From the IMG/VR virus record IMGVR_UViG_3300013132_000021: a stretch of DNA of 64,000 nucleotides. One strand, written 5' to 3'. Both the position numbers and the translations under genes were made by a program. How positions within the stretch are numbered: position 1 is the stretch's first letter; the number at the start of each line of letters is the position of its first letter. Below, piece by piece: positions 28,481 to 38,761 of the stretch. Source of the stretch: a virus. The notes beneath the pieces are model-generated. The model did no database searches. It was not told the origin of the DNA and was given only the letters and a program-made list of their open reading frames with translations.

Positions 28481-29943
28481 TACGATCGCTTGGAATATTG
28501 GGAGCAGGAAATGCAGGACTAATATCAGCGTTAATGCTTAGAGCATGTTTCACTGAATTACCAATTACTGTGATTAAATCTAATAAGATTGGTGCAATTG
28601 GTGTGGGCGAAGGGTCAAACGAACACTGGGACGATTTGTCAAAAATCACAAACATATCAGTTAATGATATAATTGTGAATGCAGGAGCAACATTCAAGCA
28701 CGGTATAAAGTTTGTGAATTGGAAAAATGGTAATGATATATTTTATCATAGCCTTCCTGAACATTTTGTTTCTCAAGATTCTTATACTGGCTTACCGTTC
28801 ACATTAATGAATTTTGTAGCAAATAATGTAGACCCAGAAAAAATTGTTTTTGATCTTGCTATCCAAGGTAAGATCGCCGGGCCGTTGGGAGCAGGGGTAG
28901 GCCAATTTCATTTTGATACGTTTAAGCTAAATTCTTTTTTAGAAAAATTATGTATAGACCGCAACATAAAAATTGTATTAGATACAGTTGTTGAAGTTAA
29001 ATTATCTGAGCAAGGGTTTGTTCAAACATTGATAGGTGAAAATCAGAATCATCAATTTGAATTTTATATTGACACAACAGGATTTGAAAGAGTCATTCAT
29101 AAATCTTTAGGAAGCAAGTGGGAATCTTATCAAAAATATCTTCCTACAAATTCAGCAATAGCATTTCCTTCTCCTCTAGATAACAAAATAAGCACATTTA
29201 CAACTGCTACCGCTAGGCAGCACGGGTGGAGTTGGCAGGCACCGGTACAGGGAAGATACGGAAACGGCTATGTGTTTAATAAAAATTTTGCTGATATTAA
29301 CATGGTTATTGCTGAGCTTCAAGTCGAATACAAAGATGAAATTAAAATAGCGAAGGTGATCGATTTCACTCCTGGAAAAATAGATAAATTTTGGATAAAA
29401 AATTGTGTAGCAGTCGGGCTGTCTGGAAGTTTTATCGAACCGCTAGAAGCCAGCAGTATAGGTGCTACTATAGAACAAATAAAATGTCTAGCTAGTTCAC
29501 TTATTTGTTGGTCTGATCAAGATAACTTTATAGAAAAAAAATATAATAAAACTTTTGATCGTGTTTATCAAAATATCCTAGACTTTGTGCAGCTACATTA
29601 TCTTGGGCAACGAACAGACACAGAATTTTGGCGTTGGTGCAAAAACCACATGATCCTTACAGACTTTAACAGAGAGACCGTTGATTATTTCAAGGATAAC
29701 TTTGTAAGCTGGAATTTTTTTCATGAAAATAATTACGAATTGTTCGATGAGTTAGACTGGATACAGGTCATGCACGGGTTAGGATTATTTAATATTACAA
29801 AGATTAAAGAAAAATACTTGTCCGATTTTCGAGTCTGGCAAGCAGTCACTGAAAACGAACTAAGTAGAGTACCATCAGAGAAAAATTGGGAATTTCTCTC
29901 TCATGAAAAAACTATAGAACTTATCAAAGAACAATATAAATGA
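28477..29943 (+). CDS. flavin-dependent halogenase (tryptophan halogenase family) 1
   Basis: GAGNAG, GVGEG, ATFKHGIKF (catalytic Lys), WSWQAP, FIEPLEASS. Confidence 0.9.
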   Translation: MIRSLGILGAGNAGLISALMLRACFTELPITVIKSNKIGAIGVGEGSNEHWDDLSKITNISVNDIIVNAGATFKHGIKFVNWKNGNDIFYHSLPEHFVSQDSYTGLPFTLMNFVANNVDPEKIVFDLAIQGKIAGPLGAGVGQFHFDTFKLNSFLEKLCIDRNIKIVLDTVVEVKLSEQGFVQTLIGENQNHQFEFYIDTTGFERVIHKSLGSKWESYQKYLPTNSAIAFPSPLDNKISTFTTATARQHGWSWQAPVQGRYGNGYVFNKNFADINMVIAELQVEYKDEIKIAKVIDFTPGKIDKFWIKNCVAVGLSGSFIEPLEASSIGATIEQIKCLASSLICWSDQDNFIEKKYNKTFDRVYQNILDFVQLHYLGQRTDTEFWRWCKNHMILTDFNRETVDYFKDNFVSWNFFHENNYELFDELDWIQVMHGLGLFNITKIKEKYLSDFRVWQAVTENELSRVPSEKNWEFLSHEKTIELIKEQYK

Positions 29944-31436
29944 TTAACTCATTGGGCATTTTAGGAGGCGGAACTAGCGGATTAATTGCAGCTTTGATGT
30001 TTCGTGCAGCATATCCTAAATTAAAAATTACATTGATCGAATCCTCGCAGATTGGAATTATCGGTGTTGGCGAAGGCACTACAGAACATTGGAGGTTTTT
30101 TGTAGAATATTGTGATATTCCTCTTCATGAATTGTTTGAACACACAGGTGCTACATTTAAAATTGGAATAAAATTTACTAATTGGCACGGCGATGACACA
30201 CATTATTTTCACAGTCTTTTACAAGACTTTGGTGGTATAGATCCGAAAAATGACATTCCGTACACATGGTTCAGGATGATAGGAGAAAACTGGGATCCTT
30301 TACATACACTAGGGGATGGCAGTCAAAAATCAAGACACTATGAGCCGTTACATGATAATATTAATCAGTTTCATTTTGATACTATGAAATTGAATAATTT
30401 TCTGCATCGCAAGTGTATTGAGAGAAATATCACAATAGTTGATAATATAATCAAGGAAGTAAAAGTAGATCAACAAGGTTATGTAAGCGAGATTATCGAC
30501 GAAAATAATCAAAGCTACGTTTATGATTTTTACATCGATTGCTCTGGTTTTAAAAGAGTCATAGGTCATCACTTAGGAATGAAATGGGTTGATAAAAGCG
30601 AATTTCTTCCTATGAATAGTGCCATAGCATTTCAAACTGCATACCAAGAAAATATTCCGTCGTATACAGAAGCAACAGCATTGAGTAGCGGTTGGAGTTG
30701 GAGAATACCTACACAGGATCGTTTCGGTAATGGATATGTTTATTGTGACGGTTTCATCAAAGACGACGAAGCTGTGTCAGAAATTAAAGCACATTACAAA
30801 ACACAGTTATCAATCGACGATATCACGGTAGGAAAAAAATTTAAATTTGCAGCAGGTCATGTTGATAAATTCTGGACTAAAAATTGCGCAGTCATTGGTT
30901 TGAGTAGTATATTTGTTGAACCATTAGAGGCTAGCAGTATTGGTACCACTATACAACAATGTGCGAATCTTGTATCTGCAATGACACACTTTGCAAAGGG
31001 CGAAGAAAGCACCGCTAGACAATATAATAAACTTATAACAAAAGTTGCAGAAAATATTGTCGACTTTATACAATTACATTATTTTACTCAACGATCCGAT
31101 ACTGATTTTTGGAGTTGGTGCAAAAATTCACTTAAGATCACTGATTTCAATCAAGAAAATTTAGAATACTTTAAAAAAAATAATGTTGATAATAATTTTT
31201 TTAGAGAACCTCTGTTATTGTTTAAGACCTTAAACTTCATGCAGGTAATGCATGGTCTTAGGCTAATTGATCAAAAACATTCTTTAAAAGTCTACAACGA
31301 TCACCTAAGAGAAAATTATGATGAAAAAATTGAAAAGATGCTGATTCTTAATGCAGATTTAACAGAATCTATTCCGCATCGTCAGTGTCTTGAAATACTT
31401 AAAAACAGAGTTCCTTTGATTAAATATAAATTTTAA
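29940..31436 (+). CDS. flavin-dependent halogenase (tryptophan halogenase family) 2
   Basis: GGGTSG, GVGEGT, ATFKIGIKF, WSWRIP, FVEPLEASS. Confidence 0.92.
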   Translation: MINSLGILGGGTSGLIAALMFRAAYPKLKITLIESSQIGIIGVGEGTTEHWRFFVEYCDIPLHELFEHTGATFKIGIKFTNWHGDDTHYFHSLLQDFGGIDPKNDIPYTWFRMIGENWDPLHTLGDGSQKSRHYEPLHDNINQFHFDTMKLNNFLHRKCIERNITIVDNIIKEVKVDQQGYVSEIIDENNQSYVYDFYIDCSGFKRVIGHHLGMKWVDKSEFLPMNSAIAFQTAYQENIPSYTEATALSSGWSWRIPTQDRFGNGYVYCDGFIKDDEAVSEIKAHYKTQLSIDDITVGKKFKFAAGHVDKFWTKNCAVIGLSSIFVEPLEASSIGTTIQQCANLVSAMTHFAKGEESTARQYNKLITKVAENIVDFIQLHYFTQRSDTDFWSWCKNSLKITDFNQENLEYFKKNNVDNNFFREPLLLFKTLNFMQVMHGLRLIDQKHSLKVYNDHLRENYDEKIEKMLILNADLTESIPHRQCLEILKNRVPLIKYKF

Positions 31437-31445
31437 TAAACAAAT

Positions 31446-32999
31446 ATGAAAAAAATAGTCATATTAGGCGGCGGAACGGCCGGCTGGGTCACAGCACTAT
31501 ATATTAAAAGATACTGGCCTGATCTCGCTATAACTGTAATCGAGGATCCCAATCGTCCACCAATTATAGCAGGAGAAAGTGGGAATACATTGTTCACTGA
31601 TTTTTTAAATAGAATAAATGTAAACAAAGATGATTTTATCAAAGCAACTAATGCAACTCCCAAGCTCGGTGGAAGATTTGTAGATTGGAACGGGGTCGGT
31701 ACAGAATTCCTTCACGTTATGCAGACAGATCACTCACCATGGCTAGACAACTGGGATAGATTTTTAGATAACGCTCCAACTCTCGACATCGCATTAAATA
31801 GAGTTTTTTCTGAAAAAATTCGCAGTATATATCTAAAGACAGTATTAGCAAACGATGTTCCATTGCATCACATGTTTCATTCTGGAGAACTTATAAGACA
31901 AAACAAAGTTCCGGTTGGACGGTATAGTCCTTTGCCTTGTAATCCTATGTGGCATTTCGATAGTCGAGCTGCGGCATTATGGTTCAAGGATCTCGGTCTA
32001 GAACGTGATTTAGAAGTTGTATTAGGTGAATACATAGATGCAGAATGCGGTATAGACGGCGATGTAACTCAAATTATTTTAAAAGATGGCCGACGTATCC
32101 AAGGAGATTGGTTTTTTGATTGCTCTGGATTTTCTAGATTGCTTATTAATAAACTTTTAAAAGTTGAACAAATCGATCTCAGCGAAACTTTTCCGGCAAA
32201 CAGTGTTGTAGCATGGTGGTCTGATTCTTCTCCTTCGTTGACCACTAACGCATTCGCTATGCCGCATGGTTGGTCATGGAATATTAATCTAAAACATCGA
32301 TCGGGTAATGGATATATTTTTGATCCAGATTGTATCACATTAGATCGAGCCATAGACGAAGCGTCTGTAAGATTTAATAAAAAAATAGAGCCGGTCGCTA
32401 ATTTCACGTATACCCCCGGTATATCTAAATTACATTGGAAAAACAATGTGATAGCAGTTGGGCTAAGTTCGGGATTTCTTGAACCATTAGAAGCTAATGG
32501 TGTAGCAGTAATAATAGAAGCAATGTATTCCTTATTAGACTACTGGGATCCGGATAAATCAGTAAAAGCGCAACATAATAAAACTGAAAAATTTAATGAT
32601 AGAATGTTTACTTTGTATAATGATATCAAAGATTTTCTAGCGTTGCATTATCGAGGAAAACGAAACGACAGCGAATATTGGAAAAAATTAAAAAATCCTC
32701 AAACTATTCCAGATTCTTTGAAAGAGAAACTTCAGCGATGGGAAGATTTTTATTATCGAGACGGAGTAGAGCCACAAAGTCTAGGATATTCCGAAGCTGC
32801 ATGGTTAATGGTGTTACAAGGGCTTGATTATTTTGATGTAAAAATACTGCAACAACGGCCGTTCGTAAAAATACATGAAACTTCGGGATTAGAAATTATA
32901 AATAAGAGTAGAGAATATTATAAACAATTGGTTGATCCATTTTGTACCTTAGACGAATGGATGCTTACTCCCAGTTGCACTACAAACAAGGAGAACTAA
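31446..32999 (+). CDS. flavin-dependent halogenase (tryptophan halogenase family) 3
   Basis: GGGTAG, AGES, ATPKLGGRF, WSWNIN, FLEPLEANG. Confidence 0.9.
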   Translation: MKKIVILGGGTAGWVTALYIKRYWPDLAITVIEDPNRPPIIAGESGNTLFTDFLNRINVNKDDFIKATNATPKLGGRFVDWNGVGTEFLHVMQTDHSPWLDNWDRFLDNAPTLDIALNRVFSEKIRSIYLKTVLANDVPLHHMFHSGELIRQNKVPVGRYSPLPCNPMWHFDSRAAALWFKDLGLERDLEVVLGEYIDAECGIDGDVTQIILKDGRRIQGDWFFDCSGFSRLLINKLLKVEQIDLSETFPANSVVAWWSDSSPSLTTNAFAMPHGWSWNINLKHRSGNGYIFDPDCITLDRAIDEASVRFNKKIEPVANFTYTPGISKLHWKNNVIAVGLSSGFLEPLEANGVAVIIEAMYSLLDYWDPDKSVKAQHNKTEKFNDRMFTLYNDIKDFLALHYRGKRNDSEYWKKLKNPQTIPDSLKEKLQRWEDFYYRDGVEPQSLGYSEAAWLMVLQGLDYFDVKILQQRPFVKIHETSGLEIINKSREYYKQLVDPFCTLDEWMLTPSCTTNKEN

Positions 33000-33000
33000 A

Positions 33001-33177
33001 ATGGCAGAAAATTTGAAAACATATGAGATTTTTTTAAGAGAGTCTACTACTTCCTTAAGAATTGTGAGAGAAACGTGTCAAGCTGTTGGTATAAAAGAAG
33101 CACAAAGGTATTTTGAACAAACTTTTGGTGTTGGACGCACAGTTGCAGGACCAAGTTTAGTTAAAAACCCTAACTAA
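33001..33177 (+). CDS. small hypothetical protein (58 aa)
   Basis: Manually translated MAENLKTYEIFLRESTTSLRIVRETCQAVGIKEAQRYFEQTFGVGRTVAGPSLVKNPN; AAGGAG RBS; TATAAATA at 32897-32904. Confidence 0.75.
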   Translation: MAENLKTYEIFLRESTTSLRIVRETCQAVGIKEAQRYFEQTFGVGRTVAGPSLVKNPN

Positions 33178-33806
33178 ATTTTTCCAGAAAGTTTGTGTTC
33201 AGCCATAACTTTCGCAACTTCTTGCTTTACTTCGGGGCCGGTGTAATCGTAGGGCAACCCCAGACTAGGCCTTGTATCCCATTTTAACCATGCAAGATTT
33301 CCGTTAGCTCGTACATACTGTAAAAAACATTGTATTTGTTTTTTACCTGTAAATTCATCTCTCCAGTGCTCTTGTGCATTTCCGTTATAGATTACAAGGT
33401 CTCCTTGATTTAGATGGATTTCGTGAGTAACACCTTGATCTGATTTAATAAACAACGGCCAATCTTGATCATCTTTTCCAATACATACGCTGACACTTAT
33501 TTCACTACTGGATCTATCAAAGTGAGGATCTAATCTACTACCGGTGCGATAAATTCTTGCATAAGAGTATACAGGAAATAATTCTTCGCCGACAGTCTTT
33601 TCTATTACAGGCAAAAGATATACAGATAGTGCTTCAAAACACAAAGGAGCATATCTAGCAAATGAATTAGGTGACATGTCAGCCATAGACACAGTGGGAT
33701 AGATTATTGCACAGCAAGATTCTTGCATTTCATATTGTATGGCGCAGAGTTTGCATATCTCGGTAGGCACTGCGTTTGTCAACAGTTTATAATCAGGCTG
33801 TATCAT
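33174..33806 (-). CDS. 2OG-Fe(II) oxygenase (PKHD/P4H-like)
   Basis: YSYARIY..G..L.PHFDR.S.EIS, GD.VIY.G...EHWR, Q.FLQYV. Confidence 0.85.
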   Translation of the reverse strand: MIQPDYKLLTNAVPTEICKLCAIQYEMQESCCAIIYPTVSMADMSPNSFARYAPLCFEALSVYLLPVIEKTVGEELFPVYSYARIYRTGSRLDPHFDRSSSEISVSVCIGKDDQDWPLFIKSDQGVTHEIHLNQGDLVIYNGNAQEHWRDEFTGKKQIQCFLQYVRANGNLAWLKWDTRPSLGLPYDYTGPEVKQEVAKVMAEHKLSGKI

Positions 33807-34360
33807 AGAGGAATGAAAGATAAGTTGTCCCATGGCAGCTGAGTATGTTGAACAACTTTGGTATTGTTGGTTACTAAAATGTCAAATCCTAGAGTAATTC
33901 TCATTCCGTCGTAGGGTCGCTCTGCGACAACTTTATGTTTTCTATAGCCCGGCCCAAAATAAATTTGACCAGGTTTATTATCTATCACATAATTTTCAAA
34001 ATCAGTAAACGTGTTTTTCGGATCAATGGATATGTATCCATGATAATCAAATGCATGGTTATGCCAATCTAATCGATCTAATTCTTGATAAGACATATAA
34101 TTCATCCAAGACTGCAACCATATTTCATTGTCTGCCCCTAACTGTAATTTTATAAATTGCTGTAGTTCTTTAAATATTCCATAGAATACACTTGAAGGAC
34201 CAGCCAAACTAAAAATGTTATATCGATCATATGTCCATGTGGTATCAGCATCGGGATACATTTTTTTAAAAGAATGATAGGCTAGCTGCGTGTGCAATAT
34301 AATATCCTTAATATTTTTTTCAATATATTCAGATTGATATAATGTATAATCTTTCATCAT
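33803..34360 (-). CDS. putative 2OG-Fe(II) oxygenase
   Basis: QSWMN, WHNH, HGYISI, HKV, RITLGFD. Confidence 0.75.
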   Translation of the reverse strand: MMKDYTLYQSEYIEKNIKDIILHTQLAYHSFKKMYPDADTTWTYDRYNIFSLAGPSSVFYGIFKELQQFIKLQLGADNEIWLQSWMNYMSYQELDRLDWHNHAFDYHGYISIDPKNTFTDFENYVIDNKPGQIYFGPGYRKHKVVAERPYDGMRITLGFDILVTNNTKVVQHTQLPWDNLSFIPL

Positions 34361-34971
34361 CAGGGGATCACTATATTTTCTAAATTCATGTTTATCACGC
34401 TTCTACATTTATTTTCAATTGGCCAGGACGACGTGTGATAATATTTTCCTTCGAATATTACCACTTTACCCTTTTTTGGTTTGATTTTTTTCTTGATTGT
34501 AAAATTTCCGGCTAGGGTTCTATCAATATCTAATTGTCCGCTGTTATAAGTATCGTTGGTCTCGTTAAAAATCACAGTTTCACCGTCGCTGTCATTAACG
34601 TAATAAATTGCCACCCAGTGTGGTCGCCATGTATCTATATGTGGAAGATGATGTTGCAGAGAAGACCCGGCTGCATTTAATGTTAAGTTGGCTCGCATAC
34701 GTATGAGATTATTTGCAGATATGCACGGCTGGCTAGTAATACTAAGAGCCAATGGATACACCAGTTCGAAGTATGCTGATGGCTTACCTTCTTCTAAAAA
34801 AAGATGATTAAATCCTTGATGATTGTCATTTCGTTTCAAAAAGGGCTGATCCGGGCTAACTAGATTAGGATTATAATACCACGGGAAATTTGATCCTAAC
34901 ATAATTTTTTCTATGTGATTTTGATAATCAATGGGAATTATGTTTTCAATTTCAAATATATTATCATTCAT
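34360..34971 (-). CDS. 2OG-Fe(II) oxygenase
   Basis: FPWYY, RMRANL, PHID, IYYVNDSDGET, FEG.YYHTSS.P, RSVIN. Confidence 0.85.
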   Translation of the reverse strand: MNDNIFEIENIIPIDYQNHIEKIMLGSNFPWYYNPNLVSPDQPFLKRNDNHQGFNHLFLEEGKPSAYFELVYPLALSITSQPCISANNLIRMRANLTLNAAGSSLQHHLPHIDTWRPHWVAIYYVNDSDGETVIFNETNDTYNSGQLDIDRTLAGNFTIKKKIKPKKGKVVIFEGKYYHTSSWPIENKCRSVINMNLENIVIP

Positions 34972-35486
34972 GTTGCTATTCCAAAAAACGTAACGGTAAG
35001 TCTGCCTGTTTCAAGATCATTGCCGAACGTATTCGCAGGAGAATGCCACAAAGTTGGATTAAAAATAATCATTCTATTAAAGACATTTTCTACAGTTAGG
35101 GTTTTTATTAACTCGCCGTTAGGATTCTTATTATAAAATAAAGTTCCGGTACCTATAGGAGGATTTTCATTTAGATAAATTATTCCCGCTACGTTATAAA
35201 ATAACTCGTCTTGATGTATATTTTGTAAAAATTTAGACTCCTCTGTATATGCAAATTGTATTTTCAATCTTTGAAAATTATTTTTTCCACTGACATGTTT
35301 AACAATTTTTTCTGCTAACGAATGGAAAATATTCTCGTGTATTTCGTCCAATGGTTTGCTTTTTTTACCAGGATATCCCGATTGATCTTTTGTGTATTCC
35401 TGTTTTAGTGCAAACGATCTCCATAAACCAGGCAATTCTAAAAAATTATCAACAATTTTAAAATGTTGTGCAATATTAGTTAACAT
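34968..35486 (-). CDS. 2OG-Fe(II) oxygenase (DUF6445-like)
   Basis: IVDNF, YPG, IHQD, AGIIYLN, GT.FY, N.FNRMIIF...WHS, RLTVTFF. Confidence 0.8.
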   Translation of the reverse strand: MLTNIAQHFKIVDNFLELPGLWRSFALKQEYTKDQSGYPGKKSKPLDEIHENIFHSLAEKIVKHVSGKNNFQRLKIQFAYTEESKFLQNIHQDELFYNVAGIIYLNENPPIGTGTLFYNKNPNGELIKTLTVENVFNRMIIFNPTLWHSPANTFGNDLETGRLTVTFFGIAT

Positions 35487-36187
35487 TATCTTACCTTGAA
35501 AAAGAATACATTAGTTAATCTAGTATCTTCTTTACCTTTGCCAAAAAAATTGTCTGCACTATGCCAATTTCTGGTATCAAAAATAATACATCTGTTGTAT
35601 ACATTTCCGATCTGTATTGTGGGAGTAAAGTGCGATCTTTGTTCTTGTCTATATTTTGCAAATTTACTTCTTTCTTCTTCTGTAGAATACACATCTTCCA
35701 TAAAAATTTTAGTATATTTTTCTCCATCAAAATCTATATTATCTGCATATAAGGTAGTGCCTGATTCTATTGGAGCAGTTGGGGAAAGGTAAATTAATCC
35801 AGCCACATGTAGTTTAGGATCGTCATCGTGTACCCATCCAGTACCCCAACTTTCGTCAATCAGTTGAAATCCGGTTTGCATATCGTATATTTCCTGGACT
35901 CCGTAATCTTTTATTATCTGAAAAATTTTTCGAATCAAATAATTATATAATTCTATATTTGATTCATGCAATAGCTCGGTACGCACACCTGGCCAAGTTC
36001 CTCTTTCTCCTTTAAAGAACTCTTGTTGTAAGGCCCAGTGTCTTACTAGATCCGGAGATTCGAAAAAGTTATCTATAATGATAGTGGGAAAGTATGGGTG
36101 TAAATGTCTATTCTTTAGATCAAGTCTGCTGATCATAACTCTACTATTATATTCTTCTCTAAGAAATTTTTCTAAAAACTGTTTCAT
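35486..36187 (-). CDS. 2OG-Fe(II) oxygenase (DUF6445-like)
   Basis: IIDNFF, WPGVRT, GWVHDD, AGLIYL, SGT, YNRCIIFD...WHSA, RLT.VFF. Confidence 0.82.
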   Translation of the reverse strand: MKQFLEKFLREEYNSRVMISRLDLKNRHLHPYFPTIIIDNFFESPDLVRHWALQQEFFKGERGTWPGVRTELLHESNIELYNYLIRKIFQIIKDYGVQEIYDMQTGFQLIDESWGTGWVHDDDPKLHVAGLIYLSPTAPIESGTTLYADNIDFDGEKYTKIFMEDVYSTEEERSKFAKYRQEQRSHFTPTIQIGNVYNRCIIFDTRNWHSADNFFGKGKEDTRLTNVFFFKVR

Positions 36188-36759
36188 TTTATATCAGCGG
36201 AAAAATTTATAGTGCAAACTATTCTTTTATTAAAAACTTTTGGGCAGGTACTGGCATGATAATGCATACCGTCAAATACAACTACTTTTCCCTTCTTTGG
36301 TTCTGACTTGTGTAGAGGATAATACTTTTCAGCGATTTCGGTTTCTCTAAAAATTACTGTGCTTCCATCGCAATCGTTTAGATAATAAACAGCAGTCCAA
36401 TGAGGAGTTTCCATGTCTCTGTGTACAGTATTATATTGATATGGGCTGCCTGCGTATGCGTATTTTGTGTTGAGTAAAAACCCCAGACGGATTCTGTGAA
36501 CTATTTTTAATTCCATATTGGCTTGTTCTGTAATAGCGTTAACTAATGGAGTAAAGAATTCAGCGTGAGGATTTTGAGATTGACTTGGATGATATACCAC
36601 ATGACCAAAGGCTGGAGTAGATGATGTTTTATCAGTGGCTTTTTCGTAGGTTGTATCTTCCATAAAATGCCACGGGAAGTTTATATCAGTTACTAGATTA
36701 TAGATCTCATTTTGATAGGTTTTATCGACGACATCGAATAACTCCAATGGCTTAAACAC
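36184..36759 (-). CDS. 2OG-Fe(II) oxygenase
   Basis: FPWHF, VHRD, VYYLNDCDGST, FDG.HYHASTCP, R.V.TINF; GTG start with AGGAG RBS. Confidence 0.85.
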   Translation of the reverse strand: MFKPLELFDVVDKTYQNEIYNLVTDINFPWHFMEDTTYEKATDKTSSTPAFGHVVYHPSQSQNPHAEFFTPLVNAITEQANMELKIVHRIRLGFLLNTKYAYAGSPYQYNTVHRDMETPHWTAVYYLNDCDGSTVIFRETEIAEKYYPLHKSEPKKGKVVVFDGMHYHASTCPKVFNKRIVCTINFSADIK

Positions 36760-36768
36760 GATTTTCTC

Positions 36769-37425
36769 CTATAAAATAACAATCTTCGATCTAAAAACAG
36801 GTGTACGGCCAGTACTTATATCTTTTACAAAAAAAACTAAGGTGAGACGATCTTCTCCGTCCTGTCCAATAAAGTCTTCGGCAGTGTGTATTAGATTCGA
36901 ATCAAAGGCTATCAATCTATTATATTTAGATGAAATTTTTATGCTGTCTGCAAAACACGAATTATTTCTTATTCTCAGTTCATCGGCTTGTTCTTTAGAA
37001 ATTTTACCTTGGTAAAATTTTATTTTTTCGTCCTGCCTATATTCCATTCCACTATTAGAATCTAATTGTTTTTTTTCTAAAATTGTGGTACCGCTTTTTT
37101 CACAAAAATCTCTATCTAGATAGAGTATACCTGTAATGATAGGTCCCGGATCTGTATGCGCCCACCCCGATCCGTATCGACTGTTTATTTTTTGGAATTT
37201 CGCTTCTACTTTCCATCCTATTTCCCCAATGTCGAAAAATATAGAAAAAAACTTTTTGGTAAAATTTTCAAATATTCCAGGATCTAGTTCATGTAATCCT
37301 TTGCTTCGGATACCCGGCCATCTTCCTTGATCATCAGGATAAAATTCTTGACTTAATGCAAACTTTCGCATCATATCTGGATTTTCTAAAAAATTGTCTA
37401 ATATAATCACTGGTATAGTATGCAT
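36769..37425 (-). CDS. 2OG-Fe(II) oxygenase (DUF6445-like)
   Basis: ILDNF, WPGIRS, GWAHTD, GILYL, SGT, YNRLIAFD..LIHTA, RLTLVFF. Confidence 0.82.
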   Translation of the reverse strand: MHTIPVIILDNFLENPDMMRKFALSQEFYPDDQGRWPGIRSKGLHELDPGIFENFTKKFFSIFFDIGEIGWKVEAKFQKINSRYGSGWAHTDPGPIITGILYLDRDFCEKSGTTILEKKQLDSNSGMEYRQDEKIKFYQGKISKEQADELRIRNNSCFADSIKISSKYNRLIAFDSNLIHTAEDFIGQDGEDRLTLVFFVKDISTGRTPVFRSKIVIL

Positions 37426-37428
37426 GAT

Positions 37429-38163
37429 CTAATTTTTTCTCAATTGATACCAATTTCTATCTGAGCTCTTACTTGGTGGATCGCTAGGATATTTTATCCA
37501 ACAAGGCACGCTAAGACTTATTCTTTTAGCAGTCGGATAGGCTACATGGTAACATCTCGAGGGAATATACAATGCATCGTTGGGCTCTAATTCAACATCT
37601 AGAGCAACTTCTAAATCGTTTTCATCTATGTGTTTGTCATACCGTTGATTATTTAATGTACCGATCTGATACAGGTTAGATATTCTATTATGAAATACTT
37701 TCCATCGTGTTTTTCCTTCTACCTGTATAATAAAATTTACAGGATAGTCGTCGTGTATAGGAAAAGATTTGGCGCCTTCTAACCCGCAATACACATGTAA
37801 TGCAGCATTTATATCAAATATTTTTTCAAAAGTCTGCACTAATTTATTAGTTGTTTCGCTGTAAGATGCATAGTTCATTATCACTAATCCGTGTCCGTGA
37901 TTAACTTTATCAAACAAAAAATTTTTATCTTGAACCTGTCTATCCCATACCCATGTCTTATTTGCCTGTGGGATATCTATTTTCATATTTGAATCTTTAT
38001 CGATTAATTCAAAATTAAAAATCTCAGGACGATTTAAACAACTTTCTATGTCTGCCCACGTTGCTAGAGAACTTGCGTTTGACATAAAATTTTTAAAGAA
38101 ATGAGGAGTATCATTCTTTAATAAATCAGTTTCACTTAGAATTTTTTGCCCAATAAAGTCCAT
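37429..38163 (-). CDS. JmjC/cupin-4 oxygenase (YcfD/ROXA-like)
   Basis: HVY, SFPIHDD, FIIQVEGKTRW, LEP.DALYIP...YHVA, RISLS. Confidence 0.82.
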   Translation of the reverse strand: MDFIGQKILSETDLLKNDTPHFFKNFMSNASSLATWADIESCLNRPEIFNFELIDKDSNMKIDIPQANKTWVWDRQVQDKNFLFDKVNHGHGLVIMNYASYSETTNKLVQTFEKIFDINAALHVYCGLEGAKSFPIHDDYPVNFIIQVEGKTRWKVFHNRISNLYQIGTLNNQRYDKHIDENDLEVALDVELEPNDALYIPSRCYHVAYPTAKRISLSVPCWIKYPSDPPSKSSDRNWYQLRKN

Positions 38164-38761
38164 CTATTTTCCTCATAAGTTTTACATTAAATGAAATAGA
38201 AATCCTATCGCTAGTGGTTCCGTTTCGTTCAACTCCGTGCGGTAGATACCCGGGAAACATAATTAATTTTCCCACGGCTGGTTGGAATGACATTGCCGAT
38301 GCACTAATTGGTGTGTAGTGTTTTACTCGAGCCTGCGATGCCACAATATAATCTTGGGAATAGCACTTGTAGAAATTAACTGGACCTTGTCCAGGTTCGG
38401 CTTTCACATAAAATACTCCAGACACAAACGCATTATCGTGTATGTGAACTGAATTTGTGTGATTTTCTCCATTTATGTTTACCCACATATTTGGAATACA
38501 CAACACGCATTCATCTTCGTCGTATCCATAATCACGAACACAATTTTCTGCTTGATTTAATATTTTTTTATAAAGACCTGCTAGTTCCGGATAAATCTCT
38601 GGTTCAAAATCTTGTGATTGCCACCCTCCTTGATTACTAAAATTTCTTCCAACAGGGTCACTTTCATGTAACCTATAACATAATTTTAATATAGGTTCTA
38701 TTTCAATATCGTCAGTATCCTCCCACCAGATAGGAGTGGGGAAATATAATTCATATCTCAT
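38132..38761 (-). CDS. putative 2OG-Fe(II) oxygenase (TIGR02466-like)
   Basis: SNQGGWQS, MWVNIN, HIH, VSGVFY, MFPGYLPHGV, RISISFN. Confidence 0.88.
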   Translation of the reverse strand: MRYELYFPTPIWWEDTDDIEIEPILKLCYRLHESDPVGRNFSNQGGWQSQDFEPEIYPELAGLYKKILNQAENCVRDYGYDEDECVLCIPNMWVNINGENHTNSVHIHDNAFVSGVFYVKAEPGQGPVNFYKCYSQDYIVASQARVKHYTPISASAMSFQPAVGKLIMFPGYLPHGVERNGTTSDRISISFNVKLMRKIDGLYWAKNSK

